From contig CAYQTJ010000003.1 in assembly GCA_964420395.1 (NCBI GenBank), positions 715-64,714 on the forward strand: a stretch of DNA of 64,000 nucleotides, written 5' to 3'. The notes beneath the pieces were generated by a model. It did not search any database, had not been told where the DNA came from, and worked only from the letters and a program-made list of their open reading frames with translations. The stretch comes from an uncultured Fibrobacteraceae bacterium. Lineage in GTDB: Bacteria > Krumholzibacteriota > Krumholzibacteriia > LZORAL124-64-63. Within the stretch, counting starts at the first letter, position 1. Every line of letters starts with the position of its first letter. Positions 1 through 8,457 of this stretch are shown piece by piece. The translations under genes were made by a program, and so were the position numbers.

Positions 1-654
1 GCGGTGGAGCGGGTCGCGCGCGCGCGGCTCGACCCGACGCGGCCGGAGGGGTGGCTGGCCGCTGAGGCCTGCACCCACCACCTGTTCCGGGCCGCCTCGC
101 TCTACCGCAGCGGGCGCGACGACGCCTTGCGCGCGATCCTCTCGCCGCCGCTGCGCTCGCCCGCCGACGGCGCGGCGCTGCAGGCGGGGCTGGCCGGCGG
201 CACGGTCGATCTCATCTCGTCGGATCACTGCGAGTTCCCGCTGGCGCTGAAGCGGCAGGAGGGGCTGCACGGCTTCCCGATGGTGCCCAACGGCACCGGC
301 GGCGTCGCGGAGCGGCTGATCGTCACCTATACGCTCGCCGTGAAGAAGGGCGGCCTGTCTCCGGCCCGCTGGATCGCCGCCTGCTGCGAGCAGCCGGCGC
401 TCCTGAACGGCCTGGCGGGACGCAAGGGCCGCCTCGCCCCGGGGTACGACGCCGACATCGTCCTGTTCGACCCCGCGGCGACCGGCACCCGCCTGCCGAT
501 CGGCCCCGGCGATCCGCTGGCCCGCCTCTGGACCGGCGCCGACTGGTGCGGCTCGGTGCGCCAGGTCTGGCGCCGCGGCACGGCGGTGGTCCGGCCCGGC
601 GTGCGCTCGGTCGAGGCGGGACGCGGCGAGTGGCTGGCGCGCCGCTTCGGCTGA
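1..654 (+). CDS. C-terminal part of a cyclic amidohydrolase (dihydropyrimidinase/D-hydantoinase-like, HyuA-like); 5' end lies outside the window
   Basis: Frame of ORF 4..654. Contains SDHCEF (the TDHC/SDHxP metal-ligand motif of hydantoinases) and GYDADIVLFDP. Stop at 652-654. Confidence 0.6.
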   Translation, partial: AVERVARARLDPTRPEGWLAAEACTHHLFRAASLYRSGRDDALRAILSPPLRSPADGAALQAGLAGGTVDLISSDHCEFPLALKRQEGLHGFPMVPNGTGGVAERLIVTYTLAVKKGGLSPARWIAACCEQPALLNGLAGRKGRLAPGYDADIVLFDPAATGTRLPIGPGDPLARLWTGADWCGSVRQVWRRGTAVVRPGVRSVEAGRGEWLARRFG

Positions 655-696
655 CCGCCCCGGGCGCCAGGCGATTCACCTCTGCTTGATCTTCAG

Positions 697-714
697 TGTG
701 CAGCCGGCTGCACA
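697..714. promoter_or_regulatory. Perfect 18-bp palindrome TGTGCAGCCGGCTGCACA, about 43 nt after the hydantoinase-like stop and about 50 nt before the next gene; candidate operator or terminator hairpin
   Basis: Read directly from sequence. No U-tract follows it. Confidence 0.3.
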
Positions 715-762
715 TGAAACCTCAAGTGGCGAGCCCGAGATCCGAGCCGGGAGCCCTGCGCC

Positions 763-2115
763 GTGGCGATCGCCTTCCTGCTCCTGAACCTCGCCGCGAT
801 CCTCGCCGTGACGGCGCTGAACCTGCCGCCAGGCGCGCGCGCCTTCGCACTGCCGCTGGCCGGCCCGGTCGCGCTGCCGGCGCCCTTCTGGATCGCGGCC
901 CCCGCCCTGCTCGCGCTGGCCGCCGGCGCGCTGTACGCCCGTGCCCGGCAGCGCTGCCCCCGTGCGCAGCGGGCCGAGCAGAACAGCGCCGCCGCCGCCC
1001 TCCTGGCCTGGCCCCTCCTGTTCGCCGGCGCGTGGGGCTGGACCGGGGCCGACCGCCCGTCGCGCGCGGACACGGCCCTCTTTGCCGCGCTGGCCGTCCT
1101 GGTGGCGCTGCTGGTCGGGCGCGCCCGCGCCCGCGGCGACCCCCTCGGCTTCTCCCGCGCCCGCTTCCTGCCGGCCGTGCGCCGGCTCGCCCTGCCGACC
1201 GCGCTGCTGGTCACGGCCGCGGCCGCCTGGGGCCTGGCGGCCGGGCGGCGCCCCGAGGCGGGCGCGGTCGCCCTCTCGCTCGTGACCTACCCGCTCTGGT
1301 CGCTGCTGCAACTGCTCGTGCTGCTGGCGCTCCCCTGGCCGCTCCTGCGCCGCGCCGGCGGCGGCGGGCGCGCCCTGCCCGCCACGGCGGCCCTGCTGTT
1401 CGCGCTCGCCCACTGGCCCAACGGCCCGCTCATGCTGGCCTGCCTGGTCGCCATGCTCGCCTGGGCGCGGGCCTGGGCACGCGGCCCGTCGCTGCCGGCC
1501 GTGGCGCTGGCGATGGGGCTCGCCGCGACGGCCCTCGTGCAGTTCGGCCCGCCCGCCGGCTTCGAGCACGCCCGCACCGGCCCGCGCGCCGTGCGCCACC
1601 GCCTGGCCACGGCGCTCGGCGCCGCGGACGCGGTCGCCGACACCACCGACGTGCCGGGGCTGGTGCGCGCCTGCTTCCCGCCCGCGGTCGGACGCCCCGC
1701 CACCGGCACCGAGGCCGGCGCCTGGTCGCGCGCCGTCGCCACGCGTCTGCGCGAGAGGATCGCCTGGCAGTTCCTCACCAGCGACGAGTTGCGGTCCCGC
1801 GCACCGGACCGCGCGCTGCCGCCCGCGGTGCGGTTCGCGCTCCCGGACGAGCCGTGGCGCGGGCGGATCCAGGCGCTTGGATCACCCGCCTTCCGCCGGG
1901 ACGCCGGCGGCACGGACGACGACTTCCTGCGCGCGCTGTACCGGGAGATCCTGGGGCGTCAACCGGCTCCGGAGGAGCTGACGGGCTGGCGGCCCGCCCT
2001 CGTCCCCGCGCGCCCGCACCGCCGCGCGCTCGCCGCGGCCCTCTTCGACGCCCGGCGGAGCCTGCGCGCCGCGCCTGGCGACACCCTGTTCGCGCACCGC
2101 CTCCGGCTGCCTTGA
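763..2115 (+). CDS. Polytopic membrane protein with a C-terminal DUF4214-like segment; possible CPBP-like FxxxH motif
   Basis: Many hydrophobic helices. FALAH motif. C-terminal DDDFLRALYREILGRQPAPEELTGW resembles the DUF4214 signature. The overlapping ORF 696..2261 is Arg/Pro-rich junk. Confidence 0.45.
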   Translation: MAIAFLLLNLAAILAVTALNLPPGARAFALPLAGPVALPAPFWIAAPALLALAAGALYARARQRCPRAQRAEQNSAAAALLAWPLLFAGAWGWTGADRPSRADTALFAALAVLVALLVGRARARGDPLGFSRARFLPAVRRLALPTALLVTAAAAWGLAAGRRPEAGAVALSLVTYPLWSLLQLLVLLALPWPLLRRAGGGGRALPATAALLFALAHWPNGPLMLACLVAMLAWARAWARGPSLPAVALAMGLAATALVQFGPPAGFEHARTGPRAVRHRLATALGAADAVADTTDVPGLVRACFPPAVGRPATGTEAGAWSRAVATRLRERIAWQFLTSDELRSRAPDRALPPAVRFALPDEPWRGRIQALGSPAFRRDAGGTDDDFLRALYREILGRQPAPEELTGWRPALVPARPHRRALAAALFDARRSLRAAPGDTLFAHRLRLP

Positions 2116-2143
2116 GCGCGTCGGCCCCGACCGGAACGCCGCC

Positions 2144-3628
2144 TCAGAAGACCCGTCGGCTGACGATGGCGAGGTCACCGGTCCTGACCGTCACGTCCGG
2201 GATGGTGTCGGTGCGCAGCGTGGCCCCCGCCGCGTCCGTCAGGTCGACCCGCAGGTCGTAGCGGCCCGGCGGCAGGCGCAGGCGGGCCATGGCGATCCGG
2301 TTGGGGAGGGTGAGCCAGCCGCGGGTGTCGGCCTGCTCGGTGGCGGCGCCGAGCAGGTTGGCGAGCAGGCCGGCCACCTTGCCGGCCTTGTCGGCCTGCT
2401 CCTTGGCGCCGTACTTGGCCAGGCCGCGCACGATGGTGCGCAGCCACATCGCCCCCTCCCGCGCCCGGAAGGCGGCGAACGCGCGCCCCTCGACGTCCTC
2501 CACGGTCACGGCGACCGCGTGCCCGCCGGCGATCCCGGCCGACACCCGCGCGCCGGTCACGGCGGGCGGGCTGCTCGCCAGTTCCGGCACCGCCACGCGC
2601 AGCCAGTAGTCGAGCTGGGCCTCGTCGTAGCGGTAGTCCGACCGCCAGCGCCCGCGCAGGTCGCGGGCCCACCGCACCCGGTCGTCGCGCCGATCGGTCT
2701 TGAGCACCGGGAGGTTGAGTTCCCGCTGCACCTTGGCCGGCGCGAAGCCGAGCTCGAGCAGCACCACGACGTCGCCGCCGGGCGCCTGCGGCGGGGACGC
2801 CGGCGGCCCGTCCGCGGCCACCGCGCACGAATCGGCCGGGAACAGCCCCGGAAACGCCTCGCGGGCCCGGGCCAGTTCATCGGCGAAGCCGAGCCGCCCC
2901 GCGGTGCGCGCCAGATCGGCGCCGAGCCACGGGGGCGGCGCCGACTGCAGCCGCCCCGCCTCGGCATGCCAGGCGGCGGCGGCGTTGCGGTAGGCGATGA
3001 AGGCGTCGTTGTCGGCCCCGTCCCACTCGTGGAGCAGACCGCTGAGGTAGTGGAGGAAGGCGTCGTTGCCGAGCAGGTCGTCGGACGACTTGTCGCGGTC
3101 GGGATCCAGTTCGCCGAGGTGCCCGAGGTCCTGGTCGGTGTACTGGCGCAGCAGCAGGCCGGCCTTGCGCGCCTCCACCAGCGCCCCCTCCCGGTCACGG
3201 AGGTAGACGTAGTTGAGCGCGCGGTAGTACGGCACCATGGCCAGTTCGAACGGCTCGGCGCGGTAGTCCACGGCGGCGTCGTTCGAGAGCAGCGACAGCG
3301 CGCGCTGCGAGACGCTCCGCGTGTAGAGATCGGCCGCGAGATCCTCGGCCCGCTGGAAGGCGTCGTTGCTCTCCTGCCAGCGGTCGGCGTAGTGCAGGAG
3401 CAGGCCCCGCTCGAGCCAGTAGAGCAGCAGGCTGCGCCCGCTGCGGTTCGCTTCGACCGTTTCCAGCGCGGTGGCGAAGTTGCCGGACGCCAGGTCGGTG
3501 CGCAGCGAGCGGTTGTGGGCGGAGTAGGTGGCACAGCCGGCGAGGGCCAGCAGCCCGGCCACGGCCGCCAGGACGACCCGGGACCGCGGGGCGGCCTGCC
3601 CCCGCCGGACGGAGCGGCGGTCCATCAC
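2144..3628 (-). CDS. Lipoprotein (COG3014-like, TPR-like helical), in an operon downstream of the LpoB-like gene
   Basis: Signal peptide with lipobox LALAGC. 494 aa. Only 5 nt from the upstream LpoB-like gene. Confidence 0.5.
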   Translation of the reverse strand: MMDRRSVRRGQAAPRSRVVLAAVAGLLALAGCATYSAHNRSLRTDLASGNFATALETVEANRSGRSLLLYWLERGLLLHYADRWQESNDAFQRAEDLAADLYTRSVSQRALSLLSNDAAVDYRAEPFELAMVPYYRALNYVYLRDREGALVEARKAGLLLRQYTDQDLGHLGELDPDRDKSSDDLLGNDAFLHYLSGLLHEWDGADNDAFIAYRNAAAAWHAEAGRLQSAPPPWLGADLARTAGRLGFADELARAREAFPGLFPADSCAVAADGPPASPPQAPGGDVVVLLELGFAPAKVQRELNLPVLKTDRRDDRVRWARDLRGRWRSDYRYDEAQLDYWLRVAVPELASSPPAVTGARVSAGIAGGHAVAVTVEDVEGRAFAAFRAREGAMWLRTIVRGLAKYGAKEQADKAGKVAGLLANLLGAATEQADTRGWLTLPNRIAMARLRLPPGRYDLRVDLTDAAGATLRTDTIPDVTVRTGDLAIVSRRVF

Positions 3629-3632
3629 GCCC

Positions 3633-4253
3633 CTACGGCTTGTAGGCCTTGCGGCCGACGAACTTCTTCAGCTTGGTCTGGCCCACCCAGACCTTCTCGT
3701 TCGTCTGCAGGTCCACCAGGTAGCTGTCCACCTGGTAGTACTTCACCTCGTTGCCCTCTTCCCGGTCGATGATCGTGTTGACCTCGCCCAGGAGCATGTA
3801 GTTCGCCCCCTTCTCCCGACCCCAGCGCGCCTGCGACTCGGGCGAGGCGTATTCCTGCTGGTCGGCGCGCTCCTCGCGGACCCCCTCGCGCTCCTCCGCG
3901 GAGGCGACGATCCGCACGCGGCCCGAGTTGATGAACGTCTTCTCGAGATCGGCCACCAGCGTCTTCATCGGGATGTGCTCCGCGGACTTGTTGCGGATCG
4001 TCCCGACGATGAGCGTCGGCTTCGTCCCCTTCTCGATCAGGAAGTTCTCGATCCAGGGGGTGCCGGTCGTGGACTGGGTGACGAGGTCGCTCGCCGCCTG
4101 CCGGCTATCCACGTCGTTCCAGTTCCCCGAGAGATCGATCTGCTCGCCGGTGTCCACGCGGCTGACCACCTTGCCGCCGCCGCAGCCGGCCAGCGCGACG
4201 GTCGACAGCACCAGGGCGAGAACGAGGACGAGCCGATTCAGCTTGCGCGACAT
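3633..4253 (-). CDS. lpoB: LpoB-like (COG3417/FlgP-like) lipoprotein, putative penicillin-binding-protein activator
   Basis: Internal start MSRKLNRLVLVLALVLSTVALAGC with AGGAGG RBS 5 nt upstream (cat at 4251-4253). TLIVGTIRNKS...LVADLEKTFINSGRVRIVASAE...ANYMLLGEV matches the LpoB pattern (VLLVDSVNNRTNGSL...NGKFTLVSA...AHYVLYS). The 5' extension in the ORF table is probably not translated. Confidence 0.55.
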   Translation of the reverse strand: MSRKLNRLVLVLALVLSTVALAGCGGGKVVSRVDTGEQIDLSGNWNDVDSRQAASDLVTQSTTGTPWIENFLIEKGTKPTLIVGTIRNKSAEHIPMKTLVADLEKTFINSGRVRIVASAEEREGVREERADQQEYASPESQARWGREKGANYMLLGEVNTIIDREEGNEVKYYQVDSYLVDLQTNEKVWVGQTKLKKFVGRKAYKP

Positions 4254-4906
4254 GGGGAAACGCCTCCTGACGATGGGCCTCGGACGGATCAGGGGGATCG
4301 GTGCGGGATCCGGGCGCTGCCCGCGCGGCGCCAGGGCCATTGTAGCGATGGCGACCGGGGCGTCAACACCGGGGGACGGGGCGCGGGGCCTGGCGGCCGG
4401 GACGGATGCCGGCGGGCCCCAAACGACGAGGGCGCCAGCAGCCACCATGACGACCTCGCCCTCGTCGTCCCGGTGAACTCCCGGCACCCTCGCACGCGCG
4501 GAGGAGACTCACATCACTCCCGCCACACGCGAAACCGGCCGCGCTTAGGCGCCCCGGTTGCCAATTGTGATATAAGTAGAACGCACTATTCATGCCAAGT
4601 GCCGAGCCCGTGATCGCCACGTGATCTTTATTCTCGTAAGAGATTATTTTATTGGGAGTTGGCACAATTGCAGCGGCCCTTTCCGCCTGCCCCGCATCGA
4701 CGTTCCCAGCCGCATTCGTCCGCGATCCGGATTGGAGATACGGAATCCGGACGGCTCGTCCGGAATCCGTAATCGAGAGGCGGGACGGGGGCGGAATCGC
4801 CGCGTCGGCCGGCGGCGGCCATTGACCGGCGCACCGGCGGTCGGTTAGGCTCGATATCGTCACAGATTCGACACGGGACGGGTCTCCGTCCGGTCAGGAT
4901 GCCGGG

Positions 4907-6940
4907 ATGCCGCTGCCGCCGTATGCAGTTCTGGCCGGCTCCTTCAGGGTACTCGGCGCGGCGGCCCGCGCCGCCCCCGCGCGCCTCCCGTTCGATCAAC
5001 TGCGCAGCGACCTCTCGCACGAGACGGCGGCGAAACTGGCCCGGCTGACCGCCCTATTGCGCGAGTGGCGCGGCGGATGCCTGCGGGCGGAGGATCCGGC
5101 AGACACCGCGGCGATCCTGCGGAGCATGGAGCGGATCCACCTGCGACACGCGCGGGTGGCCTGCGCGGGGATGGGCACGTGCGTCCGGCTGGTCCGCGTG
5201 CTGGCCCTGGCGAGAGAGATGCGCCGCCGCCTGCCGGCCGCCGGCGGGGCGGCACCCCCCGCGGCGCCCGCCCTCGCCCGCCTCGAGCGGACCCTCGCCG
5301 CGCTCGGCGCGGCATCGCGCGAACTGGTCGAGACCCTCTCGACCCGCTACGCGGCGCGCTTCGGCGAACTCGTCGGCGCCGCCGCGGAGGAGATCCGGCG
5401 CGAGTCGGCCGGCGCGGACGGCCGGGGCGTTCCGGTCGTGATCGAGAGCGCCGACGGCGGCGCCGCCGCCTGGGTCCCCCGCGCCGACGCGGCGCTCTGG
5501 TCCGACCTCCTGCGCAACCTCGTCCGCAACGCCGTGCAGGCCACCGAGGAGCTGCGCCCCCCCCTCGATGCGCCCGCCGGGCCGGCCGCGGCCATCCCCC
5601 CGGTCACGGTCCGGCTGCGTCCGACGCCGGGCCGCGGCGGCGCCTGCGTCGAGATCCTCGACTCCGGGATCGGCATGGACCCCGCGGAGGCGGAGGCCAT
5701 GTGGCGCGACGGCCGTTCGCGCCACGGCGACGGGCACGGCCAGGGGCTGACGGCCGGCAAGCGCGCCTTCCTGGCCGATCGCGCCGCGCTGGAGGTGCGC
5801 AGCCGCCCGGGCGTCGGCACCTGCGTGCGGATCGAGCTGGCCCCGCGCGATCTCGTCATCCGGCCGCCGCGCCGCTGGGCCGCACCGCCGCTCGTCCTGA
5901 CGGCCGCCGCGCTGCTGGCGGCGCTGGCCGTGACCGGGGCCGGGGCCTTCCGCCCACCGCTCGTCAGCGTCGAGGTGCACAATGACCGGCTGGTGCGCGC
6001 CCTCGACGCCCGCGGCTCGCTGCTGTGGCAGCGCGATCTGCCGGAGGGGGTGGTGCCGAACTACCGCAGCGAGATCCCGGCGCCCGGCCAGGGGGAGGAT
6101 CGGGCCACGCCGTACCTCATCCTGCGGGGCCGGGGCACGCGGGGGCCGCTGGCCATCCTGGCCACGCGGTCGCAGCATGGTCCGGGCCGGGTGCTCGCGC
6201 TGGACGCCCGGGGCCGCACCCGCTGGTCGCACACGCTCCGCTGGATCCCGCCGCGCGTTTCCCACACCGGCAACCTCGAGGCGACGTGGCAGGCCGCCGC
6301 GTCCTGGAACGGGAGGCCCGGCCAGGCGCTCGTCCTCAACGTGCGCGACTGGAACTGGGCCTCGACGACGATCCAGTTCTTCAGCCCGGCGGGCGACTCG
6401 CTGGGCGCCTACCACCACCCCGGTCACCTCGAGTTCTTCATGTCGGGCGACGTGGACGGCGACGGTCGCGACGAGATCGTCCTCAACGGCAAGAACAACG
6501 ACGCCGCGCGGGGCACCGCGTTCTGGCCCGACGACGCCGGCCCGGAGGCGTACGCGGAGTGCCTGGTCCTGCTCGAGACCCCGCGGGTGACCGGCCAGGC
6601 GTTCCCCTACGCGCGCTGGGAGGGGCTGCCCCCCGCGCGCGAGGAGGCCTACCTGCTGTTCCCGCCGTTGCGACGGGAGGCCTTCGCGGATCCGCGCGAG
6701 ACCCAGGTCGTGCGGATCTCCCTCGGCCAGGCGACCGGCGGCGGCGACGCCCGCATCGAGGCGATGCTGCAGGACGGCCGGATCTACACGCTCGACGGCC
6801 GCCTGCGCCCGCTCTCCTGCGGGGTGGGCGACCGCACTCAGGCCGCGGCGCTGGCGCCGACGCGGGCCGCGGCTCCGCTGATGTACATCCGGGACGGGCG
6901 GACCGAACTGATCGACCTGCCGGTCCGACGGGGGGCCTGA
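4907..6940 (+). CDS. Atypical sensor kinase-like signalling protein: N-terminal GHKL/HATPase_c domain, one TM helix, C-terminal FG-GAP/beta-propeller-like domain
   Basis: N box LLRNLVRNAVQATEE. G1 ILDSGIGM. G2 GHGQGLTAGKRA. TM helix WAAPPLVLTAAALLAALAVTGAGAF. FG-GAP-like DVDGDGRDEIVLNGKNNDAARG. Stop overlaps the next gene start (TGATG). Confidence 0.6.
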   Translation: MPLPPYAVLAGSFRVLGAAARAAPARLPFDQLRSDLSHETAAKLARLTALLREWRGGCLRAEDPADTAAILRSMERIHLRHARVACAGMGTCVRLVRVLALAREMRRRLPAAGGAAPPAAPALARLERTLAALGAASRELVETLSTRYAARFGELVGAAAEEIRRESAGADGRGVPVVIESADGGAAAWVPRADAALWSDLLRNLVRNAVQATEELRPPLDAPAGPAAAIPPVTVRLRPTPGRGGACVEILDSGIGMDPAEAEAMWRDGRSRHGDGHGQGLTAGKRAFLADRAALEVRSRPGVGTCVRIELAPRDLVIRPPRRWAAPPLVLTAAALLAALAVTGAGAFRPPLVSVEVHNDRLVRALDARGSLLWQRDLPEGVVPNYRSEIPAPGQGEDRATPYLILRGRGTRGPLAILATRSQHGPGRVLALDARGRTRWSHTLRWIPPRVSHTGNLEATWQAAASWNGRPGQALVLNVRDWNWASTTIQFFSPAGDSLGAYHHPGHLEFFMSGDVDGDGRDEIVLNGKNNDAARGTAFWPDDAGPEAYAECLVLLETPRVTGQAFPYARWEGLPPAREEAYLLFPPLRREAFADPRETQVVRISLGQATGGGDARIEAMLQDGRIYTLDGRLRPLSCGVGDRTQAAALAPTRAAAPLMYIRDGRTELIDLPVRRGA

Positions 6941-8433
6941 TGGACGCGACCGCGAAACCTGTCGTGCTCGTCGTGGATGACCGCGACGACATCGTGCGCT
7001 TCTGCGAGCGGTCGCTCGGCGAGACCTACGCCTTCCGCCTCGCGCCGGGGGGACGCGCGGCGGCCGAGCTGCTGCGCCGCGAGCCGTGCGCGGCGGTCCT
7101 GCTCGACCGCGACTTCTCCCACGCCGACCCGGCGCAGCTGCTCGGCCCGCCGCAGGAGGCGCGCGACGAGGGGCTGCACATCCTGCGCTGGCTGCGGCGC
7201 GAGCACCCGCGTCTGCCGGTGATCATGGTGACCGGCGTGCGGGACCTCGCGGTGGCGCTCGCCGCGGCGGAGCTGGGCGCGGACTTCCTGGCGTGGGAGG
7301 ACGTCACCGGCGACCCGGGGATCCTGCCGGCGCGGCTGCAGCGGGCGCTGGAGGCGAGCGGATCCCAGCAGGAGTCGGTGCTGGCGCCGTTCCGCGAACT
7401 GGGCATCGTGGCGGAGTCGCCGGCGTTCGCCCGCGCCCTCGACGCGCTCGCCCGCGCGATCCCGGGGCGCGCGCCGATCCTGCTGCTGGGCGGGACCGGG
7501 GCCGGCAAGGACTCGCTCGCCTACGCGGTCCACGCCCTGGCCGGCGACCCTTCGCGCCCCTACGTCAGCGTGAACGTCTCCGCGCTCAATCCGGGCCTGG
7601 TCGAGAGCGAACTGTTCGGGCACGCCCGCGGGGCCTTCACGGGCGCCGCCCAGGCCAGCCTCGGCAAGCTCCGCTACGCGCACGGCGGCACGCTGTTCCT
7701 GAACGAGATCGGCGAACTGGCGCCCGAGCTCCAGGTCAAGCTGCTGACCGCGATCGAGCGCGCGGAGGTGGTGCCGGTGGGCGACGTGCACGGCCACCCG
7801 GCCGACTTCCGCCTCATCACGGCCACCTCGCGCGACCTGCGGCTGCTCGTGGAGAACGGCCAGTTCCGCCCGGACCTCCTGCACCGAATCGCCTGGCACA
7901 CGATCGAAATCCCGCCGCTGCGCGAGCGGACCGAGGACATCCCCGCCCTCGCGCACAGCTTCCTGCGCATGACGACGCGGTTCCGCGAGGGGGCCGTGCT
8001 GGGTATCGCCCGCGAGGCGCTGCAGTACCTGGCGGCGCTGCCGTGGGACGGGAACGTGCGCGAGCTGCGCAGCGTGATCGAGGCGGCGTGCGCCCAGGCG
8101 CGCCACACGATCACCGTCGGCGACGTCCGCGAAGTGGTGCGCCGGCACGAGGGGTTCGCGACCGCGCGGCCGGCCGCGGCGGCCCAGGAAACGGGCGCGC
8201 CCGCCGCGCGCCCGGGCGCGCCCGACCGCGCCGCCGCCGAGGAGGCCGCCTTCGGCGCGCTCGACTACGACGGGCTCACCGCCGCCTACTTCTTCCACCT
8301 GATGCGCCGGACCGGCGGGCAGCTGGCGGAGGTGGCGCGCCTCGCGGGCATCTCCCGCACCACCGCCTACGAGTGGCGGAAACGGTACGCCGGGGGGCAG
8401 GCCGCGGCGCCGCCGCCGGCGGACCGCGGCTAG
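6940..8433 (+). CDS. Sigma-54-dependent Fis-family response regulator (NtrC-like: REC + AAA+ sigma54-interaction + HTH)
   Basis: REC VVLVVDDRDD...VIMVTG. Walker A LLLGGTGAGKD. ESELFGH motif. Walker B TLFLNEIGEL. C-terminal HTH ISRTTAYEW. Translationally coupled to the upstream kinase-like gene. Confidence 0.85.
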   Translation: MDATAKPVVLVVDDRDDIVRFCERSLGETYAFRLAPGGRAAAELLRREPCAAVLLDRDFSHADPAQLLGPPQEARDEGLHILRWLRREHPRLPVIMVTGVRDLAVALAAAELGADFLAWEDVTGDPGILPARLQRALEASGSQQESVLAPFRELGIVAESPAFARALDALARAIPGRAPILLLGGTGAGKDSLAYAVHALAGDPSRPYVSVNVSALNPGLVESELFGHARGAFTGAAQASLGKLRYAHGGTLFLNEIGELAPELQVKLLTAIERAEVVPVGDVHGHPADFRLITATSRDLRLLVENGQFRPDLLHRIAWHTIEIPPLRERTEDIPALAHSFLRMTTRFREGAVLGIAREALQYLAALPWDGNVRELRSVIEAACAQARHTITVGDVREVVRRHEGFATARPAAAAQETGAPAARPGAPDRAAAEEAAFGALDYDGLTAAYFFHLMRRTGGQLAEVARLAGISRTTAYEWRKRYAGGQAAAPPPADRG

Positions 8434-8457
8434 TCGCGCGACCGGCCGGCGCCGGGG

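Noticed and set aside
696-2261. 521-aa plus-strand ORF overlapping the membrane-protein gene
   Set aside because: Arg/Pro/Ala-rich with no hydrophobic pattern. The alternative frame (763-2115) gives a coherent membrane protein.
3528-4613. 361-aa plus-strand ORF antisense to the LpoB-like gene
   Set aside because: Antisense and low complexity. The minus-strand gene has an RBS, signal peptide and family-like motifs.
4659-4675. TTGGCACAATTGCAG resembling a sigma54 -24/-12 promoter
   Set aside because: The GG-to-GC spacing is about 3 nt shorter than the TGGCAC-N5-TTGCW consensus, and no gene starts within 200 bp downstream.
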